From: a bacterium
Lineage (GTDB): Bacteria; Krumholzibacteriota; Krumholzibacteriia; G020349025
Direction: 5' to 3'
DNA: 47,387 bases
Assembly (NCBI GenBank): GCA_031362565.1
Contig: JANLSU010000022.1
Location: 1 to 47,387 of the forward strand
Shown in pieces: positions 37,590-47,007 of this stretch (its first letter is position 1; each line of letters begins with the position of its first letter). The position numbers were made by a program, and so were the translations under genes. Under the pieces are notes generated by a model. The model was not told the DNA's origin. It saw nothing but the letters and a program-made list of their open reading frames with translations, and did no database searches.

Positions 37590-38393
37590 GTGCTCAAAGC
37601 CGGCATTTTCCTCGACATGAACAACCTCATGCGCAATGGCGGTTGGGGACTGCGATACGATGTCATCAAGGACTTGGTGAGCGCCCAGGGTACGACCGTG
37701 CTGCGGGCCAATTCGTACATGGCGGTGGATCACGAGCGCGAGAAGCTCGACCCCGAGTACCGGCTGCGTCTCGAGGCCTATCGCAACGCGATTCGCCGCA
37801 ACGGCTATCACTTGGTTCCCAAGGAAGTGAAACGCTATCGCGATGCCGACGGCGAGATCGTCATGAAAGCCAACGCCGATCTCGACCTGGCCGTAGACGC
37901 CATGCTGCAGTCGGAGAACCTGGACTATATTTTACTGGGAACCGGTGACGGTGATTTCCTGCGCCTGGTGCGCGCCCTGCAGAGCCACGGCCGGCGGGTC
38001 GACCTCTTGTCGTTCGACAATACGAGTACCGAGCTACGCCAAGAGGTCGACAATCACTTCAGCGGTTTCCTGATTCCGGGGCTCCTGCCGCCCAAAGAAG
38101 GGGTGGACCGCCGCCAACGCGGTTACCTGCACTTCGTCGACGAAAAACGCGGCTACGGTTTCTTGACCGTGCGGACGGGGCTCGGAGTGCAGGACGTCAC
38201 CGATGATGTCTTCTGCCATATTCGCGACTTCAGCCGCGACGGCCAGCCCATCGACAACCTCGGCTTCTCGGCGTTGCGGGCCCGTAACGTGATCCTGGAA
38301 TTCGACTTGGTGCAGGACAACGAGGGGCGCCCGAAGGCCGTCAACGTCGTCGAGTTCCGTTGGGCGGACAGCCGGCCCGCACCACGTTCTTGA
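37590..38393 (+). CDS. NYN/LabA (PIN-like) domain protein with C-terminal cold-shock domain
   Basis: IFLDMNN, KANADLDLAVD, GTGDGDF (NYN acidic residues); KRGYGFL and DVFCH (CSD RNP1/RNP2-like). GTG 37590 after GGAGG (or ATG 37542). Confidence 0.88.
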   Translation: MLKAGIFLDMNNLMRNGGWGLRYDVIKDLVSAQGTTVLRANSYMAVDHEREKLDPEYRLRLEAYRNAIRRNGYHLVPKEVKRYRDADGEIVMKANADLDLAVDAMLQSENLDYILLGTGDGDFLRLVRALQSHGRRVDLLSFDNTSTELRQEVDNHFSGFLIPGLLPPKEGVDRRQRGYLHFVDEKRGYGFLTVRTGLGVQDVTDDVFCHIRDFSRDGQPIDNLGFSALRARNVILEFDLVQDNEGRPKAVNVVEFRWADSRPAPRS

Positions 38394-38549
38394 CAAGCAT
38401 GTAAACCGCGGCACCGCTTGCGGAATGCTCTGACGAAACTTCGCAGGTGGTCCGCGGGTTCCAACGGCAGACCCCTGAGCGCTGTGGCCGCCGGCCACGG
38501 ACGAGCGCTGCTTGCGTTGGCGTGCGGCGCCACCACTCTGGAGGAACCC

Positions 38550-39230
38550 ATGTCAGTCGCGACTCGCGACCGGGTGCCGCGCCGGCGGCGCTCCCGGACC
38601 CGCGCTCTGCTCATCGCCGCCCCGCTGTTTCTGGCCTCGACGCCCTCCGTCGCCGACTCGCCGCGCGACTCTGCCAGCCTGGACTCGACGCACCTCAGCG
38701 CCCGGCCCGATGAAACGCGCCACGCGTTGTTGCGCGCTCTGGCGGCCTATTCGGCCGGTGATGTCGCGATGGCGCAATCGTGGACCGGGCGCGCCAAAGC
38801 ACTTCTCGATCGGGCGCCCCGTCCGGACGACAGCCAGCGCAAGTGGATCACGGGCAACTCCGATCAGCTTCTCCGGACACTCGAGGTCTATGCGGAGTAC
38901 GCCTACGGCCGGCATCTCGAGCTCGACGCCGAGTTCGACTTGACGGTTGCCAGGCTCCGGCGGATCGATTTCGTGAACCGGAGCCGGTTCGGGACGAACC
39001 GCCGTCGCGATGCAACCATGTCGATCGACGCGTTCACGCATCTTGTGACCCGCCTCGGAGACCTTGTGATCGACTACGACCCCTTCACGCTGCAGATCAC
39101 CCGGCTTGGCGATCTGCGGATCGACTACAACGCCTTCACGCGGCTGCCCGAGAGAATCGGCGCCATCGGCATCCACTACGATCCCTTCAACGGACGTCTG
39201 ACACGCATCGCAGACGTGAACCTCCAATAA
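38550..39230 (+). CDS. Hypothetical exported protein with C-terminal 17-aa repeats
   Basis: GGAGG RBS; Arg-rich signal-like N-terminus; repeats RLGDLVIDYDPFTLQIT / RLGDLRIDYNAFTRLPE / RIGAIGIHYDPFNGRLT. Confidence 0.7.
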   Translation: MSVATRDRVPRRRRSRTRALLIAAPLFLASTPSVADSPRDSASLDSTHLSARPDETRHALLRALAAYSAGDVAMAQSWTGRAKALLDRAPRPDDSQRKWITGNSDQLLRTLEVYAEYAYGRHLELDAEFDLTVARLRRIDFVNRSRFGTNRRRDATMSIDAFTHLVTRLGDLVIDYDPFTLQITRLGDLRIDYNAFTRLPERIGAIGIHYDPFNGRLTRIADVNLQ

Positions 39231-39551
39231 TCGCGCCCCGCACGGGGCACAAAAGCTGCTTGGTTCGTACGAGTACTGAAGCCCTGCGAATGACGCTGTT
39301 CGTACTTGCGGAAGGAGCCGCATGCGCGCACGCGCACTGCAGCCTCAAGCCTGTAGGCTGCGCCGTTCACCGACGGCGCGCGCCGGGTGCATGCTTGGCC
39401 CGTTCGTCCTCCGAATGAATGAGGATGCACGGCGCCTATGGCGACGGCCCCGTAGCCAGTCAGCGCCCTCCGAGCATGCGTTTCGCAAGCCATCCATCGC
39501 GCCCCGCTCTTCCGCACCCACATTTCCGTTCGCACCTGGGGATGGCCTGGC

Positions 39552-41405
39552 ATGTTGAGACGCCAGGCGGTGCACGAGGGGCGCATTCTCGTTCTCGCCG
39601 GCAACGCGGCGGCGCAAGCGGAGCTTTGCCGGCTTCTCGGTGCGCCGGACCCGAACACCGCGGACGCGAATCGGGTTCGGGCAAACTTCGAAGTTGATGC
39701 GGTGACGGCGCTTGATGCGGCTCTGGCGCGCATTGCGGACGCGCGGCGTCGAGGCGAACCCTACCGTGCGGTCTTCATCGATCTCGTCGATGGCTCGAGT
39801 GGCGCGGGCGCCATGGCGCTCGATGCCCTTTGGCACGCAGACCCCGCCTTGCACTTGGCGGTGTGCGTCGAAAACCACGATCCGGATCGCGGCGGGGCGC
39901 TGGCTGGACGTTTTGCCGGCCATCATGCGCTGCTCGTCGTCGAAAAGCCGTTGGCGCCGTTGGCCGTATTTCAGGCCGCGACGGTGCTCTGTGACAAATG
40001 GCGCATGGAGCGCAGTGCCGCGCAAGCGAACGACCGTTCCGTGGCGTTGGCCGGTACGCCACAGGTGGAATCGGATCCCGGGTCTGATCTCGACGCTCTC
40101 ACCGGGCTCCCGAGCCGCAGCCTCGGCTTGCAGCGGGTGCGTGATTGCATCCAACGCGCCCAGCGCAACGCCCAGACATTCGCGGTTCTCGTTCTCGATC
40201 TCGATCGCTTCAAACTCGTCAATGGCACCCTGGGGCACGAAGTCGGCGACCAGCTCCTGGTGACGATGGCTGCACGGCTCCGCCAGAGCTTGCGAGGCGG
40301 CGATGTCGTCTGCAGTGCGAGCACCCTGTCGCGTCTGGGTGGCGACAAGTTCATGGTGCTTCTCGAGAACCTCGGCGATTCGCGCGACGCGGCCCGAGTC
40401 GCCCAACGGTTGGTGGATGCGGTCGCCGAGCCGTACACGCTCCAGGCGCAGCAGATCGTGGTGACCACCAGTGTCGGCATCGCGACCAGTGGCCGCGAAT
40501 ACGTGCGCGCCGAGGACATGGTGCGTGACGCCGATGCCGCAATGGCAAACGCCAAATCGGCTGGCGGCGCGGGCTACGTGATTTTCGACGCGGCGATGCA
40601 CCAGGCCGTGACCAACCGGCTGGGGCTCGAGACTGCACTCCGCGATGCGATCCGCGACGACCAGCTGACGCTGCACTACCAGCCGATCGTGCGGGTGAAC
40701 GACGGACGCCTCGTTGGATTCGAGGCGCTGGTGCGCTGGACCGACGCGCACTACGGGACGGTGCCGGCCTGCCAACTGATCGAGATCGCCGAGGAAACCG
40801 GCCTCATCCATCCGCTCGGCGTCAACATTCTGCGCATGGCGTGCCGGCAACTGGTCACGTGGCAGCAGCGCCATCGGGCAGCGCGCGACTTGTCAATGAG
40901 CGTCAATGTATCGCGGAAACAGTTGCTCGATCCGGAGCTGCCGGGCAAAGTGGCGGCCGTCATTCGTGCCACCGGTGTGAATCCGCACTCGCTCGGCCTG
41001 GAGATCACGGAGAGCGCGTTCCTGCATGATACGGACGCTGCGATCGCGCGGCTCGAAGAGTTGCGCGCTCTCGGCCTTAAACTCGAGCTGGACGACTTCG
41101 GCACCGGGTATTCATCGCTCGGCTGTCTCTACAAGATGCCGATCGATGTGCTCAAGATCGATCGGGCCTTCGTGACCCAAGCTTGCACGCGCACCGATCA
41201 TGCGCGCGTTCTCGAAGCAATCGTGAGCATCGCCCGTGCGTTCCAGCTGCAAGTCACCGTCGAGGGTATCGAAACGCCGGAGCAAATGGCGATGGCACGG
41301 GCTCTCAAGATCGATCGTGCCCAGGGTTATCTGCTCGGCAGGCCGGTTCCGCCCGAGCAAGCCGAAGCTCTGGTGCGCAGCCCCGCCGTGCTGGCGCCGG
41401 TCTGA
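39552..41405 (+). CDS. GGDEF-EAL protein with degenerate receiver-like N-terminus; probable c-di-GMP phosphodiesterase
   Basis: DALTGLP, LDLDRFKLVN, RLGGDKF (degenerate); EAL domain YQPIV, FEALVRW, EITES, DDFGTGYSSL, KIDRAF, EGIET, QGY. Confidence 0.92.
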   Translation: MLRRQAVHEGRILVLAGNAAAQAELCRLLGAPDPNTADANRVRANFEVDAVTALDAALARIADARRRGEPYRAVFIDLVDGSSGAGAMALDALWHADPALHLAVCVENHDPDRGGALAGRFAGHHALLVVEKPLAPLAVFQAATVLCDKWRMERSAAQANDRSVALAGTPQVESDPGSDLDALTGLPSRSLGLQRVRDCIQRAQRNAQTFAVLVLDLDRFKLVNGTLGHEVGDQLLVTMAARLRQSLRGGDVVCSASTLSRLGGDKFMVLLENLGDSRDAARVAQRLVDAVAEPYTLQAQQIVVTTSVGIATSGREYVRAEDMVRDADAAMANAKSAGGAGYVIFDAAMHQAVTNRLGLETALRDAIRDDQLTLHYQPIVRVNDGRLVGFEALVRWTDAHYGTVPACQLIEIAEETGLIHPLGVNILRMACRQLVTWQQRHRAARDLSMSVNVSRKQLLDPELPGKVAAVIRATGVNPHSLGLEITESAFLHDTDAAIARLEELRALGLKLELDDFGTGYSSLGCLYKMPIDVLKIDRAFVTQACTRTDHARVLEAIVSIARAFQLQVTVEGIETPEQMAMARALKIDRAQGYLLGRPVPPEQAEALVRSPAVLAPV

Positions 41406-41535
41406 AGTCATCTCGACGCCCCGTCCGGGTTTGCCGCCCCTCTCCAGTACGATTCGCCACCCCGCTCGATCGGAGCACGCCTCGCTCGTGCTACAGTCGA
41501 GGCGTCGTTCGGTTGGCGATTTCACGGGAGGAATC

Positions 41536-42120
41536 ATGGTCGCTGTAAACTCCACGATGTTGCCGCTTGGTACACCGGCGCCCGATTTCAGTCTGCCCGA
41601 TACCGAGGGGCGCACCGTGCGTCGCGACGACTTCAGCGGCAAGCCGCTTCTCGTCGCTTTCATCTGTAATCACTGTCCGTTCGTGAAACACCTCGCCGAT
41701 GAGTTTGCGCGCTTCGCGCGCGACGCGCAGGAAAAAGGAGTCGCGATCGTCGCGATCAACAGTAACGACACCGTGACGCATCCGGCCGATGGTTTGCCGC
41801 ACATGCGGGACGAAAAACGGTCGCGGGGTTATGTCTTCCCGTATGTGCTCGACGAATCACAGGCGGTTGCCAAGGCCTATCACGCGGCGTGCACTCCGGA
41901 TTTCTATCTCTTCGACGCCACGCACCGGCTGGTGTATCGCGGCCGCTTCGACGCGACACGTCCGCAGCAGACCCCGCCGCAAACGCCGCACGGCGAAGAA
42001 CTGCGGGCCGCCGTCGAGATGCTGCTGGCCGGCGAACCCGTCGCCAGCGAACAGCGCGCGTCCATCGGCTGCAATATCAAATGGAAGCCGAACAACGCGC
42101 CGGAGTATTTCCCGGCGTGA
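41536..42120 (+). CDS. Thioredoxin/AhpC-TSA-like protein
   Basis: GGAGG RBS; LGTPAPDFSLPD, FICNHCPFV, AACTPDFYLFD, SIGCNIKWK. Confidence 0.92.
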   Translation: MVAVNSTMLPLGTPAPDFSLPDTEGRTVRRDDFSGKPLLVAFICNHCPFVKHLADEFARFARDAQEKGVAIVAINSNDTVTHPADGLPHMRDEKRSRGYVFPYVLDESQAVAKAYHAACTPDFYLFDATHRLVYRGRFDATRPQQTPPQTPHGEELRAAVEMLLAGEPVASEQRASIGCNIKWKPNNAPEYFPA

Positions 42121-42148
42121 ATTGGCCGCCGGTGGCCTTGGGCGATCG

Positions 42149-42544
42149 CTACCGGACCCGCCGGGTGCGACTTCTCGTGATGGCGGATGGATTCGCGTCG
42201 CGTAGTTGTTTTGCCGAGGCAGCGCCGACCGCTCGCGCGAGCAAGTAGACAAGATACTGGTTGATCGAGACGGCCGCATCCGTTGCGAGTTCCTCGATCG
42301 AGCGATGTAGTTCCGGCGGCATGCGCAGAAGGAAACGGCCGCTGTAGTTGCGCGTCGAACTGGGCTCCGGGATCTCCCGGCCGAGGTCTCGGGCCGTTTC
42401 CAGCCACGCTGCGCCAGCAACCTGTATTTCACGGACAGCTTCTTCGGGTGTTGTTCCGAACGCGGAGCAGCCAGGAAGTTCCGGCGCCGTAGCGATGTAG
42501 CCCGCATCCTCGGTGCTGTACTCGACTTGGACACGGTACTTCAT
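42149..42544 (-). CDS. hicB: HicB family antitoxin (RNase H-like + RHH)
   Basis: YIATAPELPGCSAFGTTPEEA, IPEP, YSGRFLLRMPPELHR, VSINQY. Confidence 0.92.
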   Translation of the reverse strand: MKYRVQVEYSTEDAGYIATAPELPGCSAFGTTPEEAVREIQVAGAAWLETARDLGREIPEPSSTRNYSGRFLLRMPPELHRSIEELATDAAVSINQYLVYLLARAVGAASAKQLRDANPSAITRSRTRRVR

Positions 42545-42784
42545 GCGTCGCGCTCCAAGATGAGAGCGTAGGAATCGACGAGGCGGAGAAACTGACGCAC
42601 CTGATACGGCTTTGCCATCGCGCTGCGCTCCGGGGATCACGAGAATCTCTTGCACGTCTTCGCGTGAATATACGCTGTGGCTGCCGCGCGTTCGCCGGAA
42701 AACGAAACCGAAAACACTCACGAGGAACACAAACTCATCGAAACGCAGGCTGGCTGCGTTCCTCCGGGCTCGATACAGAAGCAT
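42541..42784 (-). pseudogene. hicA: HicA family toxin, frameshifted
   Basis: LRFDEF..FGF..RTRGSH in one frame; the typical C-terminus MAKPYQVRQFLRLVDSYAL..* lies in a shifted frame and ends with an ATGA overlap on hicB. Confidence 0.82.
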
Positions 42785-42814
42785 TGCTGGCCCGCGCACC
42801 GGACTGCACTGGAA

Positions 42815-42843
42815 ATGATATCGTATATGATATCGTTAATCAA
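42815..42843 (-). promoter_or_regulatory. hicAB promoter with tandem near-palindromic operator
   Basis: Minus strand TTGATT-17-TATCAT; ATGATATCGT occurs twice (42815-42824, 42827-42836), overlapping the -10 and the spacer. Confidence 0.75.
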
Positions 42844-43196
42844 GACCCCCCTATTCACGACTTGCAAGCTCGGCCCCAAACCGCTCTGGACGGTCTCTCG
42901 GTGGCGTGCCCCGTTAGGCTTTCTCATGATTCACCAATGTGTTGAGCAATCTGTGACGGGCGCGCGAGGCGCGCTTGTGGCAGCATGGGCTGTCCTGTGG
43001 AGCTGCGAAAACGTCAACGCGAACGACGGCTTCGTCAACGTGCGATCACGCCCTCGTTGACCCGCGCCACGTCGGCGACGAGACGGCGCCGCATCGGTCG
43101 TCGACCGTGACCGGCGCCACACTGTTCATTGTCGACTGATCTCAGCGCGGCCACGCGTGGCCGGGAATCGCCCCACCCCTCGCCGCACCATGATGT

Positions 43197-44939
43197 ATGC
43201 TACCAGGAGGTAGCAGGCGTCAAACAGCCGATTCCGGTGCGATGACTCGACTTCTCGACTGCCCGGAGTTTGGGGCAACCTCGCGGCGACTCACGTCAAT
43301 TCTTCTCGGGTGGCCAGGGGCCCGTACGGGCGCGCTGGGCCGCGGGCTCGTGGTGCTGTTCGTGCAGTGCGCGCTGGCCGGTCCCGCGACGGCGGCGGCC
43401 CCGCCGGGTCGCACGATCGGCACGATCAGCATCGAGATTCATGACGTTTTCGACACGCTGGTGCCCTCCGAGAACAACCGCGTTTTCAACATTGCGAACG
43501 GCGTCCACCGCAACACGCGCGAGGCCGTGGTCCGGCGTGAGCTGCTCTTCTCAGAGGGTGGCACCTACGACGCGGCCCTGCTTCAGGAAACCGAACGCAA
43601 CTTGCGCCGTCTGTCCTTCATCCGCCGCGCCGATTGCGTTGCAGCTCCGGACTCCGGGGCGATCGTCAATGTGTTGGTACGCACCTACGACGCGTGGACT
43701 CTGCAAGTGATCACCAGCTTCAAGCGCGCCGGCGGTCGCGAAATCTGGCGGGCGGGCCTGGTCGATCACAATCTCGCCGGCGAGGGCAAAGACCTCTCCG
43801 CCCGGTACAGCCACGACGATTCGACGTCGGCGGTGATTTGCGCTTGGAAGGACCCGTATTTTCTCGGCCGCAAGCTGGACTACTCGATGGCCGCAGTACT
43901 CGGTCCGGACCACCGTAGCTATTCGTTCGGCCTCAACCGCCCCTTCTACGCTTCGACCGTACGTTCGGCGCTTGGCTTCTCCGGCAGTTACGCGCAGCAA
44001 CACGTGGACACCTTTGTGGGTGAAACAGCGGTGGGTACGGCCCGCAAGCGCACGCAAGAACTCGGCGTCAACTATGGCGTGGCGCTCGGAACTTCGCCCT
44101 ACCGCAATCGCCACATCACGGCTGGCGTGCTGCACCACCGGGTCCGCTTCGATGCGATTCCCGGCACGCCCTCCGGCCCGGCGCCGAACAACGAGTCTCT
44201 GGAGTTCTTGCAGTTGGGCGGGGAATGGGAGGTCTTGGACTTTATCAAAGAGCGGCACATCCAGAAGTTCTCGCACCTCGAGGACATCAACCTGGGCTTG
44301 GGCGTGTTTCCGGGCGTGGTCTGGGCGCCGCACCTGCGGTCGCTGTCCAGTGCGGGGTCGCAGCTTCTGCCCAGTGTAGCGTTGCGCAAGGGTTTCCGAT
44401 CGACGGCGCGCCACCTGGTCTTGCTGCACGCGGCCTACACATCGATCTACACGGACGGCGGCAATAGCAACCGCATCGCGTCGATGGACGCGGCGTATTT
44501 CCTGCGCGCCTTGCCGCGGCAGACCCTGGCGTTTCATGCGGACTACGACCACGGATGGCGGCTCGATCCGGCAAGGCCATTGACGCTGGGTGAGAGCAAT
44601 GGGCTGCGGGGGTACGGGCTGCGGCAGTTCGCGGGCAACCGGCGCTTGCTCTTCAACAGCGAAGACCGCATTTTCATCCGCGACGAACTCTGGAGCCTGC
44701 TCGACGTTGGCGCGGTGGTGTTCTACGACGCGGGCTACGCCTGGCCGGCAGGCAGCCCGCTACGCTTCGCCGATCTCAAGAACAGCCTGGGCTTCGGGCT
44801 GCGCTTGGCGCCGTCCCGTTCGAGCAGCAACTCGCCGTTGCGGATCGACCTCGCGTACGCCCTGCGCGACAATCAGCGACAGTCCCGCTGGTCGCTCTCG
44901 ATCCTGGGCGGACATTCGTTTGGAGCTCGTTCCGACTAA
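43197..44939 (+). CDS. Omp85 (BamA/TamA-like) outer-membrane protein with a POTRA-like N-terminus
   Basis: TREAVVRRELLFSEG..LQETERNLR (POTRA), NLAGEG, LRGY, FYDAG, GFGLR, LRIDLAYAL. Start uncertain (43197, 43242 or later). Confidence 0.88.
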   Translation: MLPGGSRRQTADSGAMTRLLDCPEFGATSRRLTSILLGWPGARTGALGRGLVVLFVQCALAGPATAAAPPGRTIGTISIEIHDVFDTLVPSENNRVFNIANGVHRNTREAVVRRELLFSEGGTYDAALLQETERNLRRLSFIRRADCVAAPDSGAIVNVLVRTYDAWTLQVITSFKRAGGREIWRAGLVDHNLAGEGKDLSARYSHDDSTSAVICAWKDPYFLGRKLDYSMAAVLGPDHRSYSFGLNRPFYASTVRSALGFSGSYAQQHVDTFVGETAVGTARKRTQELGVNYGVALGTSPYRNRHITAGVLHHRVRFDAIPGTPSGPAPNNESLEFLQLGGEWEVLDFIKERHIQKFSHLEDINLGLGVFPGVVWAPHLRSLSSAGSQLLPSVALRKGFRSTARHLVLLHAAYTSIYTDGGNSNRIASMDAAYFLRALPRQTLAFHADYDHGWRLDPARPLTLGESNGLRGYGLRQFAGNRRLLFNSEDRIFIRDELWSLLDVGAVVFYDAGYAWPAGSPLRFADLKNSLGFGLRLAPSRSSSNSPLRIDLAYALRDNQRQSRWSLSILGGHSFGARSD

Positions 44940-44966
44940 GCGCCGGGCCGCGGATCCGGGCCGCCA

Positions 44967-45440
44967 TCACGCGGGTAGCGGTGCGGTTCGGTCGGCGAGT
45001 GGCAGGCGGATGTAGAACGTCGTGCCGCTTCCCGGCTCGCTCTTGAATGTGATGCTGCCGCCGTGTTTGTCCACGACGACGCTGCGGGCGACCGGCAGGC
45101 CCTGTTCCGTTCCCTTGCCGACCTCCTTGGTCGTAAAGAAGGGATCGAAGACGTTGGCGCGGATTCCTTCTGGAATCCCCGGGCCGGTATCCGAGATCGC
45201 CACCAGAACACCGTCAGCCTCGAGCCGGGTGACGATGCGAATGCGCCCTCTCTTGCCGGTATCCTTGACGACGTCGCCGATGGCGTGCGCCGCGTTCACC
45301 ACGATGTTCAGGAATGCCTGGTTCAGCTCGCTGATGTAGCAGACAACCGGCGGCAAGTTGCCGAAGTCGGTCTCGACGTCCGCCACGTATTTGCATTCGC
45401 TATGGGCGATGGCCAGCGTCGCTGCAAGCGCGTGGTTGTT
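44967..45440 (-). pseudogene. Truncated histidine kinase (HATPase_c domain only)
   Basis: N box LNQAFLNIVVNAAHA, G1 DTGPGI, F box FDPFFTTK, G2 altered GKGTEQGL. No H-box/HisKA or sensor upstream; similarity fades near 45440. Confidence 0.75.
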
Positions 45441-45610
45441 GCGGGATCGTAGGGCGCAGGAGTGTGTGATCAAACCCTTCCGGGTGGCCGATCTGCTGCG
45501 GCCGTCGATCGCTTCACGAAGTACGACCACAGCCCATCGCCGGCGTTGTAGCGGCGAATTCGCCACCGCGGAGCATGGCTCAACCGTCAAGGGCCGCACG
45601 CCTCGACGTC

Positions 45611-45649
45611 TTGACATATATTCACTAAAACTATATTTTGCAAATATAT
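45611..45649 (+). promoter_or_regulatory. AT-rich sigma70-like promoter/operator island
   Basis: TTGACA-17-TATTTT with an imperfect palindrome ATATTTTGCAAATAT, in otherwise GC-rich DNA. Confidence 0.5.
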
Positions 45650-45762
45650 CGTCCGGGCTCCGGCGCCCAGCGAGGGCGGCGGGCACGCGTGAAGTGTGCG
45701 TGCTGTACGCCGTTGGCGGCCGCAATGTCCCGCGCCCCCACGCGGGCGCTGCGGCCGTGCGC

Positions 45763-46407
45763 TCACGAGCCGCGCGGCCGGCGCGCGCCTTTGCGCCCCG
45801 CGGCGGGCTTCGTACGTACCGGGGTCAGGGTCCAAGTGAAGGCGATGAACGGCGCCTTGGCGTCGCCATCCTCCAACATCAGTTCAAGGACCTCTTCGAG
45901 CCGTTGATTGATCGCGGCGAGCGTCGCCGGACCCGGCGAACCCAGGACTCGCACCACACCCAAGTTACGCTCCGGGCCGAGTGTTTTGGTGTCGGCGCGC
46001 GCGATGCCATGGGCGAAATCACGGGTCATTTGCCGCCCCAGGGTTGCGACGAGCTGCACCAGGAGAGCGCGGAAACGCGGCTCGGCGAGGGCGTGTACGA
46101 GCCGCATGCGGGGCGCCGGTGTGCGGTAGAGCATTTCGGGCCGCCGGTGCCCGGCGCGCATCCCCGCTTCCACGACGAGACCGACATCCACGAGCCGGCT
46201 GAGGTGGCGGTAGAGGGCCGAAGGCTTCATGCCGATGCCCGAAGCCAGTTCGCGCACCGACATCGGCCCGGCGACCATGAGCCGGTCGAGCATGTCGGTG
46301 CGCTGCGGCGACACCAGGCAGCGGAGTTGATCGCGGTCGAGAATCCAGTACTCGTTCTTGGGATGGGCGATGGGTTTGGCGCCGCGTCGGATGGTGGAAC
46401 CCGCCAC
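45763..46407 (-). CDS. ArsR/winged-HTH transcriptional regulator
   Basis: GGAGG RBS before GTG; LVSPQRTDMLDRL..GPMSVRELA..PSALYRHLSRLVDVGLV..YR. Confidence 0.85.
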   Translation of the reverse strand: MAGSTIRRGAKPIAHPKNEYWILDRDQLRCLVSPQRTDMLDRLMVAGPMSVRELASGIGMKPSALYRHLSRLVDVGLVVEAGMRAGHRRPEMLYRTPAPRMRLVHALAEPRFRALLVQLVATLGRQMTRDFAHGIARADTKTLGPERNLGVVRVLGSPGPATLAAINQRLEEVLELMLEDGDAKAPFIAFTWTLTPVRTKPAAGRKGARRPRGS

Positions 46408-46641
46408 TACGACCTCCGTCGTGCCGCCGCGCAGCCGTGGCGAAGCGCTTTGGCGGCCTCGCCGTGGCGCGGGCTCGCCGGCGCCTCGCGGGTGCGTCGG
46501 CGTGGTGACGGTACACTAGCATGACAAACCATTCATGAACTTGCTTTTCGGCCGACGTGTGGTAGCGTTCGGGCGAGTGAGCTGAAGCGCGCCCGAGTGG
46601 CGCGCGACATTGCGATCGGATCGAACGCGGGAGAGGAATCC

Positions 46642-46968
46642 ATGCGGATCGAAGAAGGAGCGATTACCGGCAGCGCTGCGGGTATGAACGTGCAACCCAC
46701 GGGCCAGATGGAAATCAAAGGGCGCGAATTGGGACGCAAAGCCGATCAGATGGGACGGCAGGTGCGCGGGCGCGTCGGCGAGGCCAAGGTGCGCCTCGTT
46801 GGCCGCGTCCATGACGGCCGCGATCACGTGACACAAGAAGTGCAAGCACATCCCACGCGCGCGCTCCTCTGGGCCGTTGGCGCCGGAGCGCTGGTCGGCG
46901 TGTTGCTGGCACGGCGCGCACGGAACGCCGCGACCACGTCGAGCGAGACGAGATCCGCAGCCGTTTGA
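46642..46968 (+). CDS. YqjD/ElaB (DUF883)-like tail-anchored protein, paralog 1
   Basis: GAGAGG RBS; helical N-terminus, EVQAHPTRALLWAVGAGALVGVLLARR. Confidence 0.75.
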   Translation: MRIEEGAITGSAAGMNVQPTGQMEIKGRELGRKADQMGRQVRGRVGEAKVRLVGRVHDGRDHVTQEVQAHPTRALLWAVGAGALVGVLLARRARNAATTSSETRSAAV

Positions 46969-47007
46969 CCCGTCTACACTCGAAGCCCCAACCCGAGGAG
47001 TGAAATC

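Noticed and set aside
46731..46743. GGGACGCAAAGCC resembling part of a c-di-GMP-I riboswitch
   Set aside because: It lies inside a CDS (LGRKAD, conserved at protein level in the paralog) and lacks the upstream GGCAAA/GNRA elements.
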